A DNA stretch of 64,000 bases from Piromyces finnis finn. Taxonomy: Eukaryota; Fungi; Neocallimastigomycota. The notes beneath the pieces are model-generated. The model was given only the letters and a program-made list of their open reading frames with translations, was not told the origin of the DNA and searched no databases. The position numbers and the translations under genes are program-made. The stretch is taken from NCBI GenBank assembly GCA_002104945.1, contig MCFH01000028.1:186001-250000 (forward strand), in the 5' to 3' direction. Shown here piece after piece: positions 38,399 to 51,566 of this stretch (the first letter of the stretch is position 1; each line of letters begins with the position of its first letter).

Positions 38399-41300
38399 AT
38401 GGCAACATTTCCAAGAGAACTTTTAAAATGGTTACAATCTCTTAATATTACATCATCAATAAAAAATGTAAAATTTGATTTTGGTAATGGTTTTGTCGTA
38501 GCAGAAATATTAAATCGATACTATCCACAAGATGTTCGATTAAATTCATTTGATACAGGACAAAGTAAGAATTGTAGAAAAGAAAATTGGCAATTATTAA
38601 AAAGAATGTTTAATGTAGTAATCTATATATAAATAGAAATAATTATAATTAAAAGGGTATTAAATTATAATACAAAACCTATAAATAAATATCATACAGA
38701 AATTTGGTATATCTGTTTTGGAAAATGATATTAATGATTTAGTAAATAAAAGAATGAACTCGGGTGAAACAGCAGCTCGTATAATATCAGCATTATATTC
38801 CTTTTTTTTAAAAAAAAAGTATTATCCATTTATATATATTTTTTAATAATATGTCACTTGAATAAATAAATAAATAGCTTTATAAAATTTTGTTTAAATA
38901 TATATAAACTTTTTTTAATCCATTATAAAATGAATAAAGTGTTAAACCGCCAAAGTCGTCAGGTTACATAAGAAAAAATAGTGAATCGGCATCAAATGGA
39001 GAAGATAATATACAAATTGAAAATAATAAAGAAGCATTAAAATTAATGTTAATAGATAATCAAAAAGTAAATGAAGCTACTTTAATTAAAAAAGATGAAA
39101 CCAATTATAATGTTAGTGTTAATAATTACATAATAAAATCAAAACGTCATCATTTAAAAAATTTTGTATTAATAAAAATAAAAAAAAAAACTTATATATA
39201 TTACAGATTTATCTTTTAGAATATATTTTTGGTTTATTTGAATATAAAGGACCAAAAAAAATATTTGATAAAACTTTTCTTGAAATTAATAATTTATCAA
39301 CAATATTTTTAGACCTAATTAGCAAAACTACAAATGAAAATATACAAAATTCAATTGAAGAATTTAAAAATAAAGTAATATATATAAATTTGTATTATTG
39401 TTATTATTATTGTTATTATTATTATTATGAACTCTTGATTATTAAATAAATGACAATTTTCTATTCTAAAACTATCAACTACATTTTTTTTTTTTTTTAA
39501 ATAATAATTATAATATTAATAATATTAATAATAATAATAATAATGCTATCAATAGCAAGATGATTTTGTAAATTTAATTCAAAATAGTAATTCAGATGAT
39601 ATCATATTTTTAATTCAATTATGTGCCCATATATTGTCCTTAAACACAATAAATAAAAAATCGTTTAAAGGTAATAAAAATAAATAGATTTTTATTATTA
39701 ATAATAATATTATATCCAAAGAAAAAGTAAAAGATATTAAATATATATTCTTTGGGGATTACACCTATCTATTTTCAATATGGATATAAAAATAAAAATA
39801 AAAAAGTTTCAGTAATAATAATACCAATAATATTTTCATCAATAAAAAAGTCAATTGGAAGTGAAGGAATAAAATTATTATATAATTCAAATTCATATGA
39901 TGAAATCATTAATGGAATGACAATAGAAAAAATTCCCTTTTTTTCAGGATGTATTGAAGCCATAGCTAATGGATTCCCAATAGAGGAAAAACAAACACAG
40001 GATATTTATGATAAAATAAAAGTAACGATAAAATAATTATATATAAATATGAAAATAATATATATATATAGTTATTTAATTTTTTTCTTTGCATTTAATT
40101 TTAAATAACAAATGAAATCTAATTTAAATATCATATAAATTTTATTTTGAAATACATGAATAAAAATGAAAACGAAAATGAAAATAATAAAAAAAAAAAG
40201 AAATCACTACATCAAAAAAATATTAATTATGAACTAGCCTTTATTACCACAATATCAGTCATTGATCCTAGTCATGCCTATTTCCATATAAATTCAGTAT
40301 TATCTATTTTAAATGCAGAAAACGAAACAAATATCATTGATTATTCGGCAATTCTACACTTCTTTTCAATACTTATTCCATCAATATCAACAGATTTTAT
40401 CATTCCTCTTCTACGAAAATTTAATATTTTAAAAAAAGGGATTAAGAATAAAATTGAACAGCTTCACTCAATTAAAGATATGGATATTGAAACTAATGAT
40501 AATGCAAGGAATGGGTTAATACGATCATGGATTAGATTTTTAACTGTAATTATTGAGGTTTTAGGAGAAACAACTTATTCAAATGGAAATACAAATTCTT
40601 TCCCAATAAAAAAAAAAGAAATAAAAAATAAAAATAAAATAAATAATACTACCACTAATGGTAATACTAATGCTAATAATAATACTGAATCAAGATGTTC
40701 ATCGGCCTATTCATTAAGATCAAATGATTCATCACGATTAACTACCCAAAAAACCAATATAAATTTCAATAAAACATTTATTCATAAAAAGAAAAATATA
40801 AAGGATTCCAGTATAGAATTACCTAATGGGGAAATTATTGAATTACCATCCTCTCTAGAAGATCTTAACCTTGATGAAATTTATCCACCAACTATTTTTT
40901 GTAAAGAAATAGTTAATGAGGCTCTCAACGAACTTGTTTTATTACTACCAACACTTTGTGGCACCAATCTAAAAATAGGTAATTTATTATTATTGTTGTT
41001 GTTGTTGTTGTTGTTGTTATTATTATCATCATCATCATCATTATTATTATTATATATTAAATACTAAATTTTAAAATTCAATATACATTACCTATATATG
41101 AATGAATGGATAAAAAATATATATTATATATATGATATACATAATGAAAGTCTTATTCCTTCTTGCGCCAAATTTAACATTATATACAAATTTATGTCAA
41201 GAATTTGTTAAACATAGTGTAAGAATATCATTAAAAGAACTTTATGAAATATTCCCATTATCGGATGATACAGATAAACTTTATACCTACAGTATTGACT

Positions 41301-41414
41301 GGCAAGTACCTTATTTTAATTCTATAGAAAAAATAACTTGTTTTGAAATTACAGATGATTGGAGATTTTGTTATTGCATGGGATTTATTAATATGGTATT
41401 TTATTTTATTTTAC

Positions 41415-41446
<32 letters not shown>

Positions 41447-41922
41447 CTTTCTCCTCTTACAATAAATACTATTAAAATAATAAAAATGATATCTAGATTT
41501 TTGTTAGTAGTAATTCATTTCTTTTTTTTTTTTTATTATTATTATTTTTTCTTAATTATACATAATAAAAAAAAAAGATGAAGGGTAATGAAAATAAATA
41601 TTATTATGAATACTTAGAATATTTTATTAGAAAATCGAATCATCCAATGCCAGTGATTATGGAAAATGTATTAATTGCAATGGCTAATGATGAAAATCAA
41701 TTAAAATATGGACTTTCAATACTTGAGCATTTAACATTTACAGATGAGCATCTTTTAAAATTATTAACTACCGTACTTTACATTATGGAATATAGTTCAA
41801 ATAATACAAAGACAACACTACAAAAATGGTTATCTCATAAAACTACCGAAGAAGAAAAAATTCATATGAACAAGATAAAAAAATGGATTAATAATGAAAC
41901 TCAAAAAATGATTAATTGTTAA
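38399..41922 (+). CDS. SPATA4: SPATA4/SPEF1-family CH-like domain protein (flagellar/microtubule-associated); multi-exon
   Basis: The N-terminus FPRELLKWLQSLNI...DFGNGFVVAEILNRYYP...SFDTGQS...ENWQLL matches the SPATA4/CLAMP CH_2 motif. Exon 1 (38399-38614) splices in frame to KFGISVLENDINDLV...ARIISALYSFF and then to VKPPKSSGY. Later exons (ORFs 39752, 40147, 41132, 41578) are colinear, but I did not resolve every junction. Confidence 0.72.
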
Positions 41923-42474
41923 TTAAAAAAAAAAAAAAAAAAAGAGTATTTTATATTTTATTCTTTTTTATAATAAAAAATATATATAAATATATATGTA
42001 CAATTAGAAGTTATAAAAAGATAATTAAAATCATATAGATTCTATACATGGCAAATGCACGGCAAAAAAAAAAAAAGATCCAATTTTATTATAATTTTTT
42101 TTTTCTTTTGAAAATGTACATTACTTTTTATTAATATTAAATTATTATTTTGCACATCTCTATAACAATACAATTATTTATTGAAAATAATAAAAATAGT
42201 TTAAAAAAAATTTTTTTTTTTTCTTTTATTATTTCATTATTCAAAATTTTAAATATTTTTGTTATTTTTGTTTGTTTGTTTTTAAGATATTATTTTATCA
42301 TTTTATTAATTTTTTATTTGATGATAGGCATTAGTATTATTGTTATTTTTCTGGTTTAATTATTCACCATTATTACTATGATGATGATTGTTATAATTAT
42401 GATTATTATTATTTATAAGCCAACCGACCACCGCCCGTTTATGCATTATTATTATTATTACAAATAATTTATAT

Positions 42475-45400
42475 TTAGTGTTTTTCAGGTAAATTGTATT
42501 GAATATCTGGATTATATTCATAGGGTGGAGGTGGATTTTCTATATCTTCCATAGTTGGTGCGGACGGTTGGAACTCTTGAGGATTAGTAAATTGAGGTAG
42601 GCTAGGGAATAGTTGTTCATAAGGCGCTGGAGATTGTATCTGGTATTGTGGTTGGGATAGGAAAAGAGATGGTGAAGGATTTCTAGGAGGTAATTGTGGA
42701 GGTTGTTGTGGTATTACAGGAATTTTCTTTCCATCTACTTGATTCGGTGATATAGGAGGAACAGGTAACTCTTTATTTAATAATATGGATGCAGAAGGTA
42801 TTGGTGATAATCTTTTTGTTCTATTGATATCTTCTTTAGCTGATACTATTGGTTCATTTGAATATGAATCATTTGATGATGAATTTGTTCTTATTCTAGT
42901 ATGAATCTTAATATCTGAATCTATTTATTATTATTGTCGTTATTAGGTATTTTAAATACATAAAAATTTAAATGATTAGATAGATTAATAAATATGAAAA
43001 AATATTAAAAATAATAATAAATAAATAAATAAATACGACATCATAATTTATATCACTTTAAAAAAAAAAACGTACCATCATCTTTTTTTAGAGATGCTTT
43101 TGATCCATTATTATTTGGTATAGAACCCGTTCTTAATCTTAATTTATTATTAAAATTATTTTTCCGTAAGATAGCATTAAAGTATTGATCTTCAATTTCT
43201 TCTTCCAATTTAAATTCTTTACCGTATAATCGAGGTACTCTTGTCATTGTACCAATCACAATATCAAATTCAAAATCTAATGCTTTTCTAGATCTTGGAA
43301 TGGAGGGTACATCACCAGTAGATAAATGACCTAAAATAACACCAAACTTTTTATTTTCATTAGAAAATTTTTGATTATCATTATTTTGAACGTTCAAGAG
43401 CTCCTTTGTACTAGAAACACCAGAATAACTCATACGACGAGTATCACTTAAACTTTGATCTGTATCAAGAAAACTACCTTGAACAGAATGTGAACTACTA
43501 CCTACAGGAAGAGGTGTATTTAATGGAGAGGGTGGAGGACTGACATGAATGTAAATTTGACTGTCAGTTTCCATAAATTCTTCATAGTCATTATTTTGAG
43601 GTTCATTTTCGGTTGGAGAAAGTTCATCATTACTACTTAGTTTATCATCTCCTCCTTTCATTTTACGAATGATTTTATTTATATTTTCATTGGTAATGGC
43701 AATGACTCTTAATTTATGTTCGACAACTACTGGCCATTTGGATGGTTCATTTATAGATGGTGAAATTAATGGTACCTTTACATCTCTTAATTGAATTCTT
43801 GTAATATCATTTTCTACTTCCTCTTCACCTAAATCTTCATCTTCAAGTGTACCTTCATTTCCCATTCTTAATGCTTCCTTTTCATCTTTTATATTTTCTT
43901 CACTTGCATGATTCGATGAAGTAATATTTGTTGATTTTGATGAATAAAAATTAGCTTTAAGGAATTTTCTTTGAATGGAGCAATACCCATCAATAATAGG
44001 GAAATTTAACACAGTATATACATTTGCTTCTCCTGGTTTTATCATGTATTCGTAGTAACGACTCGATACTAACTTGAAACTATATTTATTCATTTTCTTT
44101 GAATTAGAATCTTCATATGAACATTTTTCATATAAACCTACAGCAAAACCTGTAATAGTTTTGTTCATACCAAGATGATTCACAGATACATCAATTGGAA
44201 TGTTGTCACGATGACAATACGCTAATTGCGGTAATTTAACTTTCATTTCAATTATTCCCTTTTTTATATATTTCATAAACTTTAATTCTTTCATTTTCTT
44301 TTGTTCGGTAGGAACAACGTATTTTGGAATATCAATTTTTATTTTTTGAAGGACTCTTAATTTCATCAAGCGTACTGAATTTCTACTTGGCCATGGTCTA
44401 ATGATTTAATAATAATTTAATAATAAGGATAACAAAAATAATAATAAAAAAAAAAGCATTATAAAAGAATTAATAATAGACTAATAATAAGGAATAATAT
44501 AATATAAAAAAAAGCATTATAAAAGAAGATAGGGTAAAAAAAAAAAAATGAAATATAATATATATTATTAAATAAAACTATGGATAACTATTATTGAAGT
44601 AGCATATTAAGATTTAATGAGAAATAAATAAGTAAATACTAAAAGGATTAAAAAAAAAAAAAAAGTAGAAATGCTATACCTATGAATAGTAGCATATAAA
44701 AAGTATTCAATACGACATTTTCCATTATCATAAGAACTTGGAAGTGAGGAAGAATTTGCGACATGATTTAATTTAAATGAAAATGGTAATTTTATAGGTT
44801 CATTACTAAAACGGGAAGCAATAAATTTATGATTAATCATATCTTTACGACTATCAAAATTTTCATCACTGGTATCTTTATTTTTACTTCCCTTAAGTTG
44901 ACCGAAAAGAGAGTTTGAACGAGGTTTAGAAGAATCAACACGACAGGATACATTACTATCATCATTATTAGCTTTACCATCATTACTACTAGTTGAACCT
45001 GCATTCATTTTACCCCATAATACAACATCGTAATCAACTAAAATAGATAAATTATCGTATTTTGAAGAACTTGTGTTATTATCTTTACCGTTATCCGAAG
45101 AATTTTTATTACTAGAAGAACTAGTATAAGAATCAATGGATAACATTTTTATTGCTTTTGGTAAAGAACTTGGATTTTCAGGATTATTAATATATTTTAA
45201 AACATCATTGGTTTCAATACTTTTACTTTTTGATATAAACCCAATTAACTGAAGTCTGATACATTTTACCATTTCTGGTTTTGCAAGTTCAACTTCCACA
45301 TTTCCTTTTTAAATTTTAATTATATGCGTATTTATAAATATTCCATTTTCATTATATTATTAAATATTAATAATAATGATATATAATAATATATAATGAT

Positions 45401-45639
45401 ATATAATAGTTAATAGTTAAATAGTTAATATATAATAAATACAATAAATAATATTAATAAATAATATTAATATACTTGTTCATGTTATTGAAAAAAAAAA
45501 AAGGCCTACCTTTAATTACTTCTCCTTCAAAAACTGCATTGGAATAACCACATCTTTCCGCTGTAGAATAACAATCTGGATCTAAAATAATTTGAAAATG
45601 TTTTTTAGTATTAACACCGGGGAACGATGATTGCTTCAT
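42475..45639 (-). CDS. Alpha-arrestin (Arrestin_N/Arrestin_C) with Pro-rich C-terminal tail containing PPxY; 4 exons
   Basis: Exons 45639-45510, 45304-44680, 44397-43076 and 42920-42475; all junctions are GT-AG and frame-preserving. Motifs: FQIILD...EGEVIKG|NVEVELAKPEMVKCIRLQLIG; LPFSFKL...LPSSYDNGKCRIEYFLYATIHR|PW; YCHRDNIPIDVSVNH; tail ...ENPPPPYEY. Confidence 0.88.
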
Positions 45640-48439
45640 ATATTCTATTCTAAATAGCCATGTAAATTTTGATATTAAATTATTTTTTAAATTTAAACAA
45701 TTAAATAAAAGGGTTTTTTATTTAGTATATTAAGATATGCGTATAGAAAAATGATAACAATTTTATGAAATAATATAATATATCGTATTTGTATTTTAAA
45801 GAAAAAAAAAAAAAAAAAAGATATTTCTATTGTTTAATATTTCGAAAGTTGGAAGATAAATTTAAAAATAAATAAAAATAAACCTTTAATATTATATTAA
45901 ATTTCGAAAAAGGATAGATATTTTATTATTTGTATATGTATAATGTATATATTAAGGTTTCTTTTTTTGGTTTGTTTGCTTTTTATTTAAAATGTTATAT
46001 ATATTGAATGGCTCTTCTTTAAATAACTTTTTTTTTCTTTTTGAAATTTACAAACAACCTTTTTTTTTTTTTATAATTTTTTTACGAAATAAAAATAAAA
46101 TAAATATAAAACAAATTAATTAATATTACGAATAATTAATATTAAAAATATTGGTTATTTAATATTTATTAATAATTTTAATTTCCAAGAATAATAAAAA
46201 GTTTATTTAATAAAATATATATATAAAAAAAAAAAAAAAAAAAAAGATTAATAATTTGAATATGAAAAATAAAGGAATACTAAAGATTGAACTTTTTTTA
46301 AACTTTAACTATGAACACTTTTTACAAAAAAAAAAAGAAAATGGAATTACAAAAAAAAAAAAAAAGTTTAATAATAAAATAAAATAATAATTATTAATAC
46401 AAATTATAAATGTGATTTTTCCACCAAGGAATATTCTATTTTTTTAAGGCATATTATATTTTGAAATGGCTCTTATTCTACTAATAATAATATATATATT
46501 TATAATTATTAAATAATGAAAAAAAAATAGTAAAGACATTGATATTTCTTTTAAATAGTCATATACAATAATTGAATGAATAGTAATATTAAAGAATACA
46601 TTTTTTTTTGCTTTCGTTTTTATTATTATTATTATTTCATGAATTATTCTTTTTTATTAATTATAATACTAATTTCCATTTATGGTTATTTAATAAAGGA
46701 TTTATATTAAAAATTGGATATAACTGCCTTTGCCCAAAAAAAAAAAGAAAAAAGAAATAAAATAAAATAAATAGCAATAATTACCATTCCTACTAATTAT
46801 ATTATTAATATTTTAACTATTCAAATTGAATTTAATATATTTATTATCCTATTAATTATAATGATGATGATAATAATGCTAAATCATCTATTAATATTTA
46901 TAGTTTTTATTAGTAGCATTACTGTCGTTGTTTGAGTTTTATTAAAAATTGTTTTTAATTAGATAAAGCATATCATAAAAAATACTAATTATCCATAAAT
47001 CAATTTTTTAAAAAGGTTATAAACTTTTTCAAAAAAAAAAAAAAAATTGAAGAAGGTTTCGTATGAAATATATATCTTACTTCTTAGATAATAAGATATA
47101 TATTTTTTTTCTTTCTATATTTATTCTACTGCTGAAGTTAAAGGTTCATTTTAATTATTTTATTATGGAAAACTCAAATCTACTTATCAAATATTAAAAA
47201 GTTTAGAAAAAATATATTATCTCCTTCTCAACAAAGTAAAATTTTATTAGCTTTATGGAAAAAAAAAAAAAAAAAAAAAAAACTAGATTTACAAGTGAAA
47301 GTTTTTTTTAGAACAGTAATAAAAAATAAAAAATTATCCAAGCACTGAAAATATTACCATTACCTAACCTAAAACTCAAAGTCTTTTTAAGGACTCAATT
47401 CTAGAACAATTTTAATAATTCATAAATATATCATGTAAAATTGAACCATTAATGTCCAATTTCAACTTTTATTTTATAAATATATTTTTTTAAAAAAATA
47501 TAATGTATTCTCGATTAAATACAAAAGTATCTTTTCTTTTTTTTTTATTATCATTAATTATATAACATCAACTTAATACTACAATAGTAGATAATAATGA
47601 TAATTATTGCTATTTTTTTAAATTTTTGTTTATAGAAAACTTTGTAAAAGTTTTTTTTTTTCCTTTGTTTTAACTATTTTTATAAAAGGTTAGAAATTAA
47701 GAAATAATAAAGATTTATTTTATGATTATATTATAATATTTCTTTTTTTTTTTTCATTAAAAACTTTTAGAAACTTTACCATACCATAATACATTTTATC
47801 TTAAAAAAAAAAAAGAAAATGTTTGGACGTGCTTTTATATTACTATTCATTATTAAGACGTCACTTTAATTAGTATTATTAATTTCACAATTCTAACCCT
47901 TGAATGTTAAAACCACAAAATTTATATTAATGATAAACAAACAAATAAATAAATAAATAAGTAAATAAATAAATAAATAAATAAGTAAATAAGTAAATAA
48001 AATGAATGAATGAAATAATGGCTTAATGTCTGATCCTTAGTAAAGGAATATTAATAATAAGATATCATTAATAAACTTTTGATTTTCATTTAAATTTTAT
48101 AAATTATTAAGTAAATTTTATAACATTAATAGTATTATTACACTATTTAATATTTAATATTATATTATTATTGGGATATAATAGGTATCTCTTTTTTTTT
48201 TATATCTACTAAACTACATTTATATAAACTCAGCTACTTTTTTTTTTTTTTTTAAATACCTATTCTGTATTTATAATAATTAATGATATACCTTTTTTTT
48301 TATCGAGATAATACTAATTTATACCAATAGTTGATAACTCTATAATAAAAATTAATTAAATAAAACAATACAGATACTATATATATATAGGTTTATTGGA
48401 TAGATGTAATTTTTATTTTCGATAAAGCTATAATTATAA

Positions 48440-48543
48440 TTATTATAAAAATAATTAAATAATTACAGATCGTAATACTATAATTTATGATTATTATAAA
48501 AATAATTAAATAATTACAGATCGTAACAATACTATAATTTATA
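48440..48543. repeat. Approximately 51-bp tandem duplication
   Basis: ttattataaaaataattaaataattacagatcgtaa occurs twice in tandem. Confidence 0.85.
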
Positions 48544-49154
48544 ATTATATATTATTATTAGGCTTATTATAGTTTCATCGGTAAAATAATGTAACACTAC
48601 ACTTTTTTTTTTTTTTTCAAATATGAAACCTTTTTTAATATAATCCATAATTTTAATTATAACAATAATTCGCTTTCTAGTATTATTAAATATTATTAAA
48701 TGAATTTTATCTACTATGATTAGATTGGCTAGAAATGAATAAATTATTTTAATTTAAAAAAAAATGTGTAAAACTTTCAAAGTATTATTAGTGTATTATT
48801 AATCTTCTTCTTATCATAATATTAATAATTATTATTAAAGTGTATTATCTAATTATAATTAATATTATATATATATATATTATTTATAAATTTCCCCGTT
48901 ATTTTACCATTATTATTATATAAACTACAATAGTGTCATAAAATATAATTTTTATTAAACCAAAATTTAATTAAAATTGTATTTTTAATTATTTCCATAA
49001 AAGTCAAAATTAAATTAAATATTATGAAACATGAATCGTTTAAAAAAAGGTTTTAAAATAAAAAAAAAAATAAAAAGAATAATATAATTAAATATTCATT
49101 ATTTTTTAATATTTTTAAAATAGTTAAAATAGTTTTGAAGGGTAATTATCTATT

Positions 49155-49565
<411 letters not shown>

Positions 49566-50016
49566 TAAAATTTATTTTAATTATTAACTCGAACAAAGAT
49601 GAAAATCTTTTTTTTAATAATAAAAATGGCATTGTTTTAATTGACTAAAATATTACAATTTATCTTTTTAAAGTTATTTTTAATATATATTTACAAGGTT
49701 AAAAAACATTTCAAGCTGTTAAACTGAATTGGAATAAAATATTTTAAATAGTATAACAAAATAAAAGTTTTATAAAATTTTATGATGTAATAAACCCATA
49801 ATTATCAATTTGATTTAATACATAGAATAGTTGAATAATTAATACAATAAATAATGTTAAAAAAATTATTGTGTAAGCTTGATAAAAAACAACATGTATA
49901 ACAAACTTTTTTTTTATATAATTAAATAGTTAACTTTGGTGTTTTTGTATTTGGAAAAAAAATATTTTAATTACACCATTTATAATATGTATGAACGTTT
50001 TAAAACATTTTTAATT

Positions 50017-50018
50017 AA

Positions 50019-50077
<59 letters not shown>
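50017..50077. repeat. (AAAT)n microsatellite
   Basis: Seen directly; about 15 units. Confidence 0.95.
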
Positions 50078-51470
50078 AAATTTATTTGTATAGAACTTTA
50101 TCCACAAAATTAATTTCATTTTAGAGGTAGGTCAGTTATTATTCATCAGTTGAATTTTATCGAAACCTTTAATTAATGTAGACAAAAATATTATAAATAA
50201 ATAGTGGTAATAGTATTATTATTTATTATCTATACTTTTAAAATTTGTAATTATTCATTTCAAACCATTCCTATAGACATAGATTTACACATTATTAAAA
50301 TTTAAAAAATTCATCGATTTTTAAACTATACATTAATATAATTATTAAAATTAAAGTTTATAATAAAATATGAACAATTAATATAAATTTGGAATTATTA
50401 ATTTCTTTGCTGTTTTCTTTTTTAGAAAATAACTTTTTTAATTACAAAATTTCACTAATTTTTTAAATAGACAATGTATTATTATGTCTTTACACTAGTT
50501 TATTGTATGTAACTATAAGTGTATATTAGATTATTGTCATTATGACTATTTTTTTTTTTAAATATTACAATCTATTGCAATAGTAAATATAATAATATAT
50601 ATATATATTTTTTTTTTTGCAAATTATTAGTAGTAACGCAAAGTAGGACAATAAAATAAAAATTTTAAAAACCTTAAAAGCCTTTTCCACCTTAATATTT
50701 TGTTATATAAAACTTTAAAATTTAAGGTAAATATACTCTATTTAATTATTATTCATTTATATAATTATTAATTAAAATATACAACAAAAACTCTAAAATT
50801 TTTTAAACTTTTTAAAACTAATTTAATTAAAATTTTTTTTTTTTTTTTTACTATTATTTAAACTAAGAATCCTTATTATTATTATGAGTAGGAATTGTTT
50901 TATTTAATTGTATATTAATTCTTTTTTTTTTTTTAAAGCGTAGGTTGAGTACGAAAAAATTATTTGATAAATTAATTAAAATTAATTAATTTATAAAGGT
51001 TTAATTAATGTAAAAAAAAAAAAAAGAACCGACCGAAATGATAGTTGGTATAAACTTTTATATTTTTATAGGATATCATCATCATCCTTATCATCCTTAT
51101 ATATTTATTTAATAAAACATTGACATTAATAATAATGAATGTCGGTAGTATTATTTTATTTTATTTATTTTTAATTTTATATATTGTATATTATTGTATA
51201 TATATTTAATATCGAACTTCGATTTAAGATCTATTAAATTATTTAACTTTATCCATAATAATGTGAATAGTTTATTATGGCTTAAAATACCATTTATTAT
51301 TATAAAAGATTTGTTTGTCACCATAGTAAGAATCAATACTATTCTTTAACTAAATTTTTTAATAGTGAAGTTTAAAAAAAATTAAAGTAACTTTACGGTT
51401 TAATAAAAGTATACAAAATTGTATGTCAATTTTATTCATACAAAATTACTAGTCATCTTTAAAATCTATT

Positions 51471-51566
51471 TTTTTTAAGGATGAATAGTAATGTGAGATA
51501 CATTTTTTAAGGATGAATAGTAATGTGAGATACATTTTTTAAAGACAAATAGTAATGTGAGATACA
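51471..51566. repeat. Three contiguous 32-bp direct repeats
   Basis: ttttttaaggatgaatagtaatgtgagataca twice exactly, then ttttttaaagacaaatagtaatgtgagataca. Confidence 0.95.

Noticed and set aside
1-45639. Functional cluster of endomembrane genes (NEO1, VPS29, TLDc, alpha-arrestin)
   Set aside because: The genes are interspersed with unrelated ones over 45 kb, and trafficking genes are abundant, so co-location is plausibly chance without synteny data.
51471-51566. CRISPR-like array (32-bp repeats)
   Set aside because: The repeats are contiguous with no unique spacers, there are no cas genes, and the context is eukaryotic.
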